Shown here: positions 8,309-15,909 of the stretch, in pieces
Layout: each line of letters starts with the position of its first letter
Numbering within the stretch: position 1 is the first letter of the stretch
From: Polyangiales bacterium
GTDB taxonomy: Bacteria > Myxococcota_A > Polyangia > Polyangiales > Polyangiaceae
Assembly (NCBI GenBank): GCA_038230375.1
Contig: JBBRNJ010000105.1
Location: forward strand, 1 to 25,759
Length of the DNA: 25,759 nucleotides
Direction of reading: 5' to 3'
Program-made: the position numbers and the translations under genes
Notes under the pieces: model-generated
The model's input: the letters and a program-made list of their open reading frames with translations, nothing else
Database searches by the model: none
What the model was told of the DNA's origin: nothing

Positions 8309-8357
8309 CCTCTGGGGGCGGTTTCCACCCAGGCGAACCAGGCGAAAGGTGATCGAC

Positions 8358-8579
8358 ATGACCAAAGCAAGGAAGCTCATCACGCTCACAGGAGCGCTTC
8401 TCATTGCAGCGCTTGGGACTGCGTGCACGCACGTGGCACCGTACGAGCGCGGCATCCTGGCTCACCCAACGATGAGCACGGACGATCCCTCGATCGGCCT
8501 GGATGAGCACGTGCGAGCGGTCTCCGAAGGGGCTGCTGGGGGTGTGGGTGGCGGCGGCGGTGGTTGCGGCTGTAACTGA
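8358..8579 (+). CDS. DUF4266 family small lipoprotein
   Basis: Lipobox GTAC, VAPYERGILAHPTM, EHVRAVSEG and C-terminal GGGGGGCGCN are characteristic of DUF4266. SD-like AAGGTG before ATG 8358. Confidence 0.85.
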   Translation: MTKARKLITLTGALLIAALGTACTHVAPYERGILAHPTMSTDDPSIGLDEHVRAVSEGAAGGVGGGGGGCGCN

Positions 8580-8700
8580 GCCGGCACATTCAGCTACGCA
8601 ATCCGAACATCTCCGAGCCAGCGCTGCAGGCAGGGTGAACCCCGCCCCTTCGCCATAAAATCCAAACGTAAAACCCACGCAACCAAGGTACGTTACACGC

Positions 8701-10998
8701 GTGAATCGGACGCCCCGTGCCCATAGGGCACCTTTGTCTCGTGATCGACGTTCGCGTCGAGAAGCCACGCCTCGCACCGCGAGGGTCGGCTCGGCTCGGC
8801 ACGCGCTCTTCGCGCTCTGCGTCGTCGTAGCGAGCGTCGTGGCGTTTGCGCCGCGTGTGGCCATGGCCGACGCGACGTCCGACCAGCTCCAGCAGATCAT
8901 GACCGAGGAGTACCCGGCGAACCTCGGCCCGGCCAAGACCAAGCTGAACGAGCTTCTTTCTGGCTGTTTGAAGAAGGGCTGCTCCGCGCCGACGAAGGCG
9001 CAGATCTACATCGCGCTCGGCATGGTCGCCTCGCAGTTCGGCAACGCGGACGAAGCCAAGACGAACTTCGAGACGGCGATCAAGGCTGACTCGGACGCGA
9101 AGCTCCCCTCGAGCGGCGCCACCCCGAACATCAAGCAGCAGTTCGCCGATGTGAAGGCCGCAGTGTCCGGCGCCGCTGCGCCGGCTGGTGGAGCTGGCGG
9201 TGGAGACCCGCCTCCCGAGGACAACCCCGCAGGCAAGGCTCCGCCCGGCTGGACGAGCGTCGACGCATTCAAGCTCGCCCTCGAAGGCCTCAAGGCCGAC
9301 CAGGACGGCAAGCTGGACGAGTGCATCGAGAAGGACAAAGCGTCGCTCAAGGCCGAGGAGCAGCCCCGCACGCGCCTCCACCTGGCATCGTGCGAGTCCC
9401 GCGCGAACAAGCTGGTGGACGCGCTCCGTGATGCACAGAAGGCGCTCGAGGTCGGCATCGCAAAGAAGGATGCCGGCGTCATGAAGGTGTCGCGCAACCG
9501 CGTGAAGGAGCTCATCGAGCGCATCCCTCACGTGACCTTCGCGCCGCCCGCTGGCGTCACCGACCTGTCCGTGAAGTTCGACGATCGCCAGGTCCCGACC
9601 GAGGCGCTCACCAAGAAGTTCTCGATCGATCCCGGGAAGCACACCGTCCTCGCCGAAGGAACGGTCAACGGCTTCCCCGCCACGTACGAGGAAGAGCTCG
9701 ACGTGAAGGAGAAGGACCTCATCACGGTCCGCCTCACGCTGAAGCCGTCGCAGAGCTCCAAGATCATCACGGGCCCGCAGATCCAGTGCATGCTCGCCGC
9801 GAAGAACCAGGAGGAGGTGCAGAAATGCCTTCCCCAGAACCGCAAGAACCTCGTCATCAAGGTCGGCGCGGACTTCAGCGCGTACTCCGACACGAACCAC
9901 GTCAACGTCGTCACGCCCGGCATCAACGGAGCGGTCATCTCGCCCACGTCGGGCTGGAACGTGGGCGGCCACTACATCCTGGACGTCGTCAGCGCGGCCT
10001 CGCCCGACCTCGTGTCGGAGGCATCGCCGCCGTTCCACGAGGCTCGCCACGCAGGTGGAATCACGGGTGGCTACAAGCCGGGCCTCTACGGCGTGCAGGG
10101 GAACTTCAACCTCTCGAGCGAGCCCGATTACCTGTCGACCACCGTTGGCCTCGCGGTGACGGCGGATGTGAACGACAAGCTCAGCACCCCGCGCCTCTCC
10201 TATTCATTCAGCTACGACAAGATCGGCCGCGGCCCTGCCGGCCCGGGCTCCAGCGGTCTGTTCGCCGGCAACTGGCTCGGTGACATCGACCCGGATCACA
10301 AGGGCGTCCTCACGACCCACGAGATCGAGGCGAGCACCACGTTCGTGCTGTCGCCCACGTCGATCCTGCTCGTCGGCGGCACCGCGCAGTTCGAGCGCGG
10401 CGATCAGTCCAAGCCCTACCGCTACGTCCCCATCTTCGATCCGCTGGGCGTCGCGCCCTTCGTTCCCACGGGCGGCACGGTCGACCTGGTGAACCGCGTC
10501 CGCCTGCCCCCGCGCCCGCTCGAGCAGCTGCCCACGGAGCGCGATCGCTTCGCCGTCGGCGGTCGCTACAACAAGCGCCTGGGCAGCTCCACGTTCCGCA
10601 TCGAAGAGCGCATCTACTTCGACAGCTGGCAGACCAAGGCGTCGTCCACGGACGCGCGCTACATGGTGGACCTCTCCAAGCACCTCCGTGTGTGGCCGCA
10701 CATGCGTTTCCACGGGCAAACAGGCACTAATTTCTACCAGCTCGCGTACAGCGGCTACGTGGATCAGGGCGGCACACTCATCCTGCCGACCTACCGCTCC
10801 GGCGACCGCGAGCTCGCGCCGCTCATCACGGTGACCGGCGGCGGCGGCGCGCGCATCGCGCTCGGCAACCCCGAGGGCGAGGTGCAGTACGGCCTCAACC
10901 TCGCGGGCGACGTCATGTACACGCGGTTTCTGAAATCTCTTTTCGTCACCACGCGTACTGGTGTGTACGGGACCGTCGCGTTCGACGTGGAGTTCTAG
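8701..10998 (+). CDS. DUF3570-like outer-membrane beta-barrel protein with N-terminal TPR-like and PEGA-like domains
   Basis: Signal peptide ...VAMA-DA. C-half shows YSD..HVNVVTP, DVVSAAS, SSEPDYLS, PYRYV, EQLPTERDRFA, RIYFDSW, DRELAP, amphipathic strands and a C-terminal Phe (VAFDVEF). Follows DUF4266. Exact start uncertain. Confidence 0.75.
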   Translation: MNRTPRAHRAPLSRDRRSRREATPRTARVGSARHALFALCVVVASVVAFAPRVAMADATSDQLQQIMTEEYPANLGPAKTKLNELLSGCLKKGCSAPTKAQIYIALGMVASQFGNADEAKTNFETAIKADSDAKLPSSGATPNIKQQFADVKAAVSGAAAPAGGAGGGDPPPEDNPAGKAPPGWTSVDAFKLALEGLKADQDGKLDECIEKDKASLKAEEQPRTRLHLASCESRANKLVDALRDAQKALEVGIAKKDAGVMKVSRNRVKELIERIPHVTFAPPAGVTDLSVKFDDRQVPTEALTKKFSIDPGKHTVLAEGTVNGFPATYEEELDVKEKDLITVRLTLKPSQSSKIITGPQIQCMLAAKNQEEVQKCLPQNRKNLVIKVGADFSAYSDTNHVNVVTPGINGAVISPTSGWNVGGHYILDVVSAASPDLVSEASPPFHEARHAGGITGGYKPGLYGVQGNFNLSSEPDYLSTTVGLAVTADVNDKLSTPRLSYSFSYDKIGRGPAGPGSSGLFAGNWLGDIDPDHKGVLTTHEIEASTTFVLSPTSILLVGGTAQFERGDQSKPYRYVPIFDPLGVAPFVPTGGTVDLVNRVRLPPRPLEQLPTERDRFAVGGRYNKRLGSSTFRIEERIYFDSWQTKASSTDARYMVDLSKHLRVWPHMRFHGQTGTNFYQLAYSGYVDQGGTLILPTYRSGDRELAPLITVTGGGGARIALGNPEGEVQYGLNLAGDVMYTRFLKSLFVTTRTGVYGTVAFDVEF

Positions 10999-11000
10999 TC

Positions 11001-11642
11001 ATGCGCAGCAACACCCTACCCAAGACCTCCCTGACGCTGATCGCCGCCCTCTCCGTCGTGGCCGCGTTCGGCATCATGTCGTCCAGCTGCTCGCTCGACC
11101 CGGTGCACGACGGCCAGGTCAAGGCGCTCGGCGGCGAGGACCCGAACATTCCCGCGGGCCAGTATCATCGCGGCGGGCAGCCGTGCACCGTCTGTCACGG
11201 CGGCGAGGGTCCCGCGAAGAACGTGTTCGCGATCGCAGGCACGGTCTTCTATCAGCAGTACGACCCGGCAAACCCGAAGGTCCCGGTACCCGTGGACCAA
11301 GCGTTCGTGCGCATCCTCACCGCCGACAACGCGAACCTCTGCTTCGTGACCAACTGCATGGGTAACTTCCGCGCCACGCCCGACCGCCTCGGCGCGAAGG
11401 GCCTCAAGTTCCCATTCCTCGTGAGCGTGCAGAAGACCTCTGGCACCGGCAATCAACCGGTCGTCGCCATGGTCGGGCATGTGGGGCGTGAGCCGTCGTG
11501 CGCGAACTGCCACAAGGATCCGTCGTTCTTCGACTCGCCGGGCCACGTGGCCGTGAACCAGAACCCGCCGAACCCGCCGGTGCAGTGCCCGCCCGCTGTC
11601 GAGCCCGACCCGCCCTTGGTCTGCCCGGAGGATCTTTTCTGA
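11001..11642 (+). CDS. Putative diheme c-type cytochrome lipoprotein
   Basis: Signal peptide ending SSS-C. CTVCH (11184-11198) and CANCH (11499-11513) flank a beta-sandwich-like segment (FAIAGTVF...TNCMGNF). Starts 2 nt after the DUF3570 stop. Confidence 0.7.
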   Translation: MRSNTLPKTSLTLIAALSVVAAFGIMSSSCSLDPVHDGQVKALGGEDPNIPAGQYHRGGQPCTVCHGGEGPAKNVFAIAGTVFYQQYDPANPKVPVPVDQAFVRILTADNANLCFVTNCMGNFRATPDRLGAKGLKFPFLVSVQKTSGTGNQPVVAMVGHVGREPSCANCHKDPSFFDSPGHVAVNQNPPNPPVQCPPAVEPDPPLVCPEDLF

Positions 11643-12217
11643 TGAAGACGGTCAAAACGAAGATGCTCGTGGGCATGTTCACCCTTGCCGTTGGGCTCGG
11701 CGTGCTGAGCACCGCATCGGCGGTGGTGTCGTGCGCATCCGTCCCCGACGAAAAACGCTTCACCGCCGTCATCGGGCCGAACTTCCCGGCCTTTCGTGAC
11801 TCGGTGGACCCGTACATCGAGAAGCAGTGCGGCACGCTCGACTGCCACGGCGAGCCCGGCCGCGGCTTTCGCGTCTACGGCTTCCGCGGTCTGCGCCTCT
11901 ACAGCCAGGAAGCCGGCCTGGTCCCAGGCATCCAGCAGACGACGCAGGAAGAGATCAACGCGAACTACTTCGCCCTCATCTCGGTCGAGCCCGAGACCTT
12001 CAACCGTGTGATGGCGCAGAACGGGCAGAACGCCGACCTCCTGCTGTTCCTCCGCAAGGCCATGAACCTCGAGCGACACAAGGGCGGGGCCCTCTTCGCA
12101 AAAGAGAGCGCCCCCTACCGCTGCATCACCGCGTGGCTCCGCCTCCCGCAAGACCCTACCGTCGCCCTGGGGACCAACGACAAGTCGTTCTGCGACAAGG
12201 CCAAAACGCAGCCCTGA
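11642..12217 (+). CDS. Putative lipoprotein with a non-canonical heme motif CX4CH and distal HxGG
   Basis: ATG overlaps the upstream TGA. Lipobox VVSC, CGTLDCH (11828-11848), LLFLRKAMNLERHKGG. Confidence 0.65.
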   Translation: MKTVKTKMLVGMFTLAVGLGVLSTASAVVSCASVPDEKRFTAVIGPNFPAFRDSVDPYIEKQCGTLDCHGEPGRGFRVYGFRGLRLYSQEAGLVPGIQQTTQEEINANYFALISVEPETFNRVMAQNGQNADLLLFLRKAMNLERHKGGALFAKESAPYRCITAWLRLPQDPTVALGTNDKSFCDKAKTQP

Positions 12218-12288
12218 CCTTCCGCTCCCGCGGTCGCGGTCGATGGGTACACATCCACGGCGTCGGAGTAGCTCGAGAGCCGCCCGCT

Positions 12289-12332
12289 TAAACACGAACC
12301 CCGGGTGAGCTGCCTGAGCTGCTCCCCGGGGT
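12289..12332 (-). terminator. Probable intrinsic terminator of the minus-strand operon
   Basis: Stem ACCCCGGG (12298-12305) / CCCGGGGT (12325-12332) with an inner GAGC/GCTC, followed on the minus strand by TCGTGTTT. Lies between convergent genes. Confidence 0.6.
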
Positions 12333-12350
12333 CGGTCCCTCTCCCTGAAA

Positions 12351-12380
12351 CCACGAGTCCGCGATGCGCGGGCTCAGTGG
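12351..12380. terminator. Second hairpin in the convergent intergenic region
   Basis: CCAC-GAGTCCGCG-ATG-CGCGGGCTC-A-GTGG inverted repeat, 8 nt from the stop of the DUF1501-like gene. Confidence 0.4.
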
Positions 12381-12388
12381 CTAGGCCG

Positions 12389-13783
12389 TCATTGCACCGA
12401 TGCGAGCGGATTCACGAGGCCGTCGATGACGGCGCGCGAGAAGTCCTGGACGCGGCGGGAATCGCCCTTGGCTGCGGCGTAGAGTGCCGCCGTCGCTGCG
12501 TTGGACGCAGTGACAGAGCTGGCCTGTCCGGGGACATCAGCACCCGTTGCCGGGTCGAAGCCGCTCGTCGTTGCGTCGGCGTTGACGCCGCCGAACCAAC
12601 CGGTCTTCAGGTAGCCGTTGCCCATGACGTACAGCCAGTTCGAGTTCTTCGGCGTACCGTCGCCCCAGCCGTTGCGGGCGAGCGGCGTCTTCGGCGTGTC
12701 ACCATGGATGGTGAACATGATGTTGTCGGCGAGGGACTTCGACGAGCAGCTCGGATCGGGAGACGCGGATGCATCTGCCATCATCGCGTCGAAGATCTTA
12801 CCGAGGCGTGCTGCCATCGCAGTCGGCATCGCATCACCACCAGCGAACGCTCCGTGCGGGTCGTCGCGCATAGCGGGGATGATAATCGAGGAGGTCAAGC
12901 CCAGCTTGAACGCCTTGATGCCCGTGATGATCGAGTGTGCGATCTCGAGCACGTTCGTCGGCGTGCCAGCAACGATGCCGTAGGCAGCGTCGTCAGCGGT
13001 CGTCGGACGAAGCGCATCGGAAAGGTTCTTTCCGAGGAGGTTCGCAGCGACCTTGCCCGTCTCGTAACCCTTCGCGACGGTCGAGCGACCGGCAGCGCGG
13101 TTGAGACCCAGGAAGGCCTTGTAGTAGGCCTCGTGGAGCGCGGCATCGCCGGGCACCGCGAGCAGCGTCTTGGACGCAGCGCTGTTGAAGAGGTCGACGA
13201 GTCCCGCCGCGTTTCCGACCGCCGCGGTCGCCGGAGCTCCAGGAGCTGCGCCGAACGTGAACGGGTTGATCGCGATGACGGGGAGAAGCGTCGGGTCGGA
13301 CTGCTGGATGGCAGCGATACCTGCGAGCATGCTCGCGGTGCCCGAGGGCGTAGCCGCCGACGCGGGCGTCGACGTATGCGTCTCGTTGGTGCCGGCCATG
13401 TACGCCGTGACCTGGAACTTCTTGCCGAGCTTCTGGAACGGGCTTTCCGGCGCGTAGTAGAGCTCGTTGTCCGTCAGCGTTGATTTGACGGCCTTACCAA
13501 GTGCGTGGAACGAGTAGTTCGGGTCGTTGCCCTTGGCGATGACGTTCTGCGGGAAGAGCAGGTTGAACCACGCGAAGCCACCGTTACCGGCGACCAGGTG
13601 GAACGACCTCAAGCTCTTCGTGCAGGCGGTGGTGTCGGCGAGTGCGCTGCCGCCCATGTCATTCATGACATTGAGGAAGCGCGCGCGCTCGAGACCCAGC
13701 ACAGCCGCCAGGGTTGCGCTCCACTTCATGAAGTCGCGGCGGCCCGTGCCTCGAAGGTCTTTCAAACGATCGTCGATGCCCAT
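12389..13783 (-). CDS. Tat-exported DUF1501-like protein (divergent)
   Basis: Twin-arginine signal GRRDFMKW. HLVAGNGG, RDDPH, FTIHGDTPKTP and YVMGNGYLKTGWFG align by eye to the DUF1501 blocks GG, WDTH, SEFGRTP and LGGGVKGG. SD AAGGAG. Confidence 0.6.
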   Translation of the reverse strand: MGIDDRLKDLRGTGRRDFMKWSATLAAVLGLERARFLNVMNDMGGSALADTTACTKSLRSFHLVAGNGGFAWFNLLFPQNVIAKGNDPNYSFHALGKAVKSTLTDNELYYAPESPFQKLGKKFQVTAYMAGTNETHTSTPASAATPSGTASMLAGIAAIQQSDPTLLPVIAINPFTFGAAPGAPATAAVGNAAGLVDLFNSAASKTLLAVPGDAALHEAYYKAFLGLNRAAGRSTVAKGYETGKVAANLLGKNLSDALRPTTADDAAYGIVAGTPTNVLEIAHSIITGIKAFKLGLTSSIIIPAMRDDPHGAFAGGDAMPTAMAARLGKIFDAMMADASASPDPSCSSKSLADNIMFTIHGDTPKTPLARNGWGDGTPKNSNWLYVMGNGYLKTGWFGGVNADATTSGFDPATGADVPGQASSVTASNAATAALYAAAKGDSRRVQDFSRAVIDGLVNPLASVQ

Positions 13784-13795
13784 GGTCGTGACTCC

Positions 13796-14515
13796 TTATT
13801 CGCAGGTGTGCGCAGCCGAAAGGAGCGCGGAAATCGCGATGTTCTTGCCAATCGCGGGGGTGGATGCCTGAGTGACGGCGGCGTTCGCAAGGTCGACGTG
13901 CTCTTGGCGCGCCGGCTTTCCGAGAAGGCACGAGATACCGTCCTTCGTGAAGGCGCCCGAAGCATCGAACAGCTTCACCGGCATACCGCCCGACGTGCAA
14001 CCCGTCGGAGCCCAGTTCGCAGCGGAAACCTCACTCGCCGAAGCGGCGAAGATGTCCATCTGCTTCGTCATGCCAGAAGCCGTCGCGAACGATGCCTCCG
14101 GAACACGGCTGGCGTAGTTTGCCTGGCCGAGGGTCGCGAGACCCGCCTTGTAGATGCCGCCTGCCGAGCCCGCGCCGCCGTTCACGTTGATACCGCGCGT
14201 AGCCAGGATTGACGAAAGGGACGCCACGGTGACCTTGCCGCAGGAGTGGAGACGGGCGATGGTCTCGGGCGAGCCCGAGGTCGCGTCATCTACCCGCTTC
14301 TGAGCAGGGTCCGGGGCCGCGAAGGGCGCGGTAGGGTCCGCACCGTTCGGGTCCTGGCTGTGGTTGTCACCGTTGGGACCGCCGCCGCCGGCTTGGTCCG
14401 TATTGGTGGCGACGGATTCTGCACCGCCGCCATTGCTGAGTGAGTCGTTGGTTCCGTCGCAGCCTGCGAGCACGAGCATCGCAGAGCCGATCAGGGTGAG
14501 AGCAAGTCGTTTCAT
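13796..14515 (-). CDS. Hypothetical lipoprotein
   Basis: Lipobox LAGC, Gly/Asn/Pro linker, four further Cys including HSC and a C-terminal HTCE. Purine-rich SD. Confidence 0.8.
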   Translation of the reverse strand: MKRLALTLIGSAMLVLAGCDGTNDSLSNGGGAESVATNTDQAGGGGPNGDNHSQDPNGADPTAPFAAPDPAQKRVDDATSGSPETIARLHSCGKVTVASLSSILATRGINVNGGAGSAGGIYKAGLATLGQANYASRVPEASFATASGMTKQMDIFAASASEVSAANWAPTGCTSGGMPVKLFDASGAFTKDGISCLLGKPARQEHVDLANAAVTQASTPAIGKNIAISALLSAAHTCE

Positions 14516-14541
14516 GATTTTTCCTCTTCTCCCTTCCCTGG

Positions 14542-15804
14542 TTAGAACTTCACGAAGTCATCGCTCTTGTAGATAGCGGCGATGGTGGCCTTGAGCTTCT
14601 GGCCGTTCTTGTTGAAGTCCGCAACGTACTGCTGGGTAACGGTGAGAGGCACCGTGGCCAGATCGTTCACAACGTCGCCGCGAGACATCGCCCAGTTCCA
14701 CACGCGGTTGACCGCGCAGGTGGCGACGACCGGATCCTTCGCGATGGCAGCGCCAAGGGTCGGGATGTCGGTGACAGTGACTCCGTTACGCCATGCGAAA
14801 CCTTCGGAGGCGGGGAGCCAATCCTGGAGCTGCGCGGCGGGGTTGCCCGGGACGGGAACAAGGACGGCGAACTTGGTGCCGTCGTACACGCCCTTCGCGT
14901 CGAAGTGGCCGAACAGCGGTGCCTGGTGGTTGATCGTTCCGTGACAGTTGGCGCAGATGACTGCGGACGTGTCCTGGAAGTTGATCTTCGCGGTGGTGCC
15001 ACCGGTGACGCTGGTGAAGGGCCAGGGGCTGGTATACGAACCGGCGCCCATCGCCTTCGGCGTGGCGGAGAACTCGGCGGGGTTCTTCGAGCAGACGAAC
15101 GTCTCCTGAATGAACCGCACGCGGCGCATCGCCATGTTGGAGAAGTACTGCGCCTGGATGCCAGGATCCGAGAGGACACCGGCCGTCGGCTGCGTGCCCG
15201 TGCAGGCCGCATCCGCGAAGACGTTCGTGGCCGCCGTATAGGTCGGGCACGTGTTGGTAGACGCCGTGAAGAGGTCCGAATACGGACGGTCGTTGATGAC
15301 GACCTCCGCAGCGAACGTCGCCGCCGTGTCGAAGCTCGGCATGCCCATCGCGGGGGGTGCGCCACCGGTCTTGAGCGTGTCGCGCCACCACTGAATCATC
15401 ATCGCGGTGAATCGCTTGTCAGCGATCATCGCGTCAACGTCCTTCTCGTATGCCGCCTTCGCCGTCTTCGCATCCGCCGCCGAGCCGATCTCGTTGATCT
15501 GGTCGAGCGTCGGAAGGTCGCCGGTCAGCTTGAGGCTCGCGATACGGAGCGCCTCGCCGTAGTCGACCACGCGGGTGTCGAGGATCGGGGTCGGGGTCGG
15601 CGTAGCGCCACCACCCGCACCACCGCCGCCAGGGGTAGAGCCCCCAGGGCTCGGATTGACGGAGCCGGGCGCGTTGGGGTCGGTTGCACCCGTCCCGTTG
15701 TTGAGCTGGTCCGAGCTGTCGCCACCGCCGCACGCGGCCAAGCCGAGCGCGAATGCGATGCCGAGTGCGCCGTTCCGGCCTTGCTGCCATGAGCCTCGTC
15801 GCAT
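14542..15804 (-). CDS. Lipoprotein with CXXCH, related to planctomycete-type DUF1549/DUF1588/DUF1585 cytochrome-associated proteins
   Basis: Lipobox LAAC and Gly/Pro linker. LRIASLKLTGDLPT...VDAMI...F...WWRD, AGVLSDP, CANCH (14941-14955) followed by PLFGHFDAKG, and LGAAIA...CAVNRVWNWAMSR. SD GGGAG before ATG 15804. Confidence 0.65.
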   Translation of the reverse strand: MRRGSWQQGRNGALGIAFALGLAACGGGDSSDQLNNGTGATDPNAPGSVNPSPGGSTPGGGGAGGGATPTPTPILDTRVVDYGEALRIASLKLTGDLPTLDQINEIGSAADAKTAKAAYEKDVDAMIADKRFTAMMIQWWRDTLKTGGAPPAMGMPSFDTAATFAAEVVINDRPYSDLFTASTNTCPTYTAATNVFADAACTGTQPTAGVLSDPGIQAQYFSNMAMRRVRFIQETFVCSKNPAEFSATPKAMGAGSYTSPWPFTSVTGGTTAKINFQDTSAVICANCHGTINHQAPLFGHFDAKGVYDGTKFAVLVPVPGNPAAQLQDWLPASEGFAWRNGVTVTDIPTLGAAIAKDPVVATCAVNRVWNWAMSRGDVVNDLATVPLTVTQQYVADFNKNGQKLKATIAAIYKSDDFVKF

Positions 15805-15862
15805 CGTCTCCCTACCTTTCCATCTGCGGCCAGCAAGATGCTGTCTGCGTGGTTGAACATAA

Positions 15863-15878
15863 AGCAACTACCGCTCCA
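15863..15878 (-). promoter_or_regulatory. Candidate sigma54 (-24/-12) promoter
   Basis: Minus strand TGGAGCGGTAGTTGCT = GG-N10-GC with TTGCT, about 60 nt upstream of ATG 15804. Confidence 0.4.
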
Positions 15879-15909
15879 TCCTTGGAGCAGGACTGCGATT
15901 AGAGTCTGA

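Noticed and set aside
8065..8352. 95-aa ORF in the divergent intergenic region
   Set aside because: No recognisable motif or SD. The region is better explained as promoter DNA, though a small gene cannot be fully excluded.
8590..10050. 486-aa minus-strand ORF
   Set aside because: Antisense shadow of the DUF3570-like gene, typical of high-GC codon bias.
11498..11641. Upstream extension of the CX4CH lipoprotein ORF
   Set aside because: It overlaps the diheme gene. The signal peptide starts at ATG 11642, coupled to the upstream stop.
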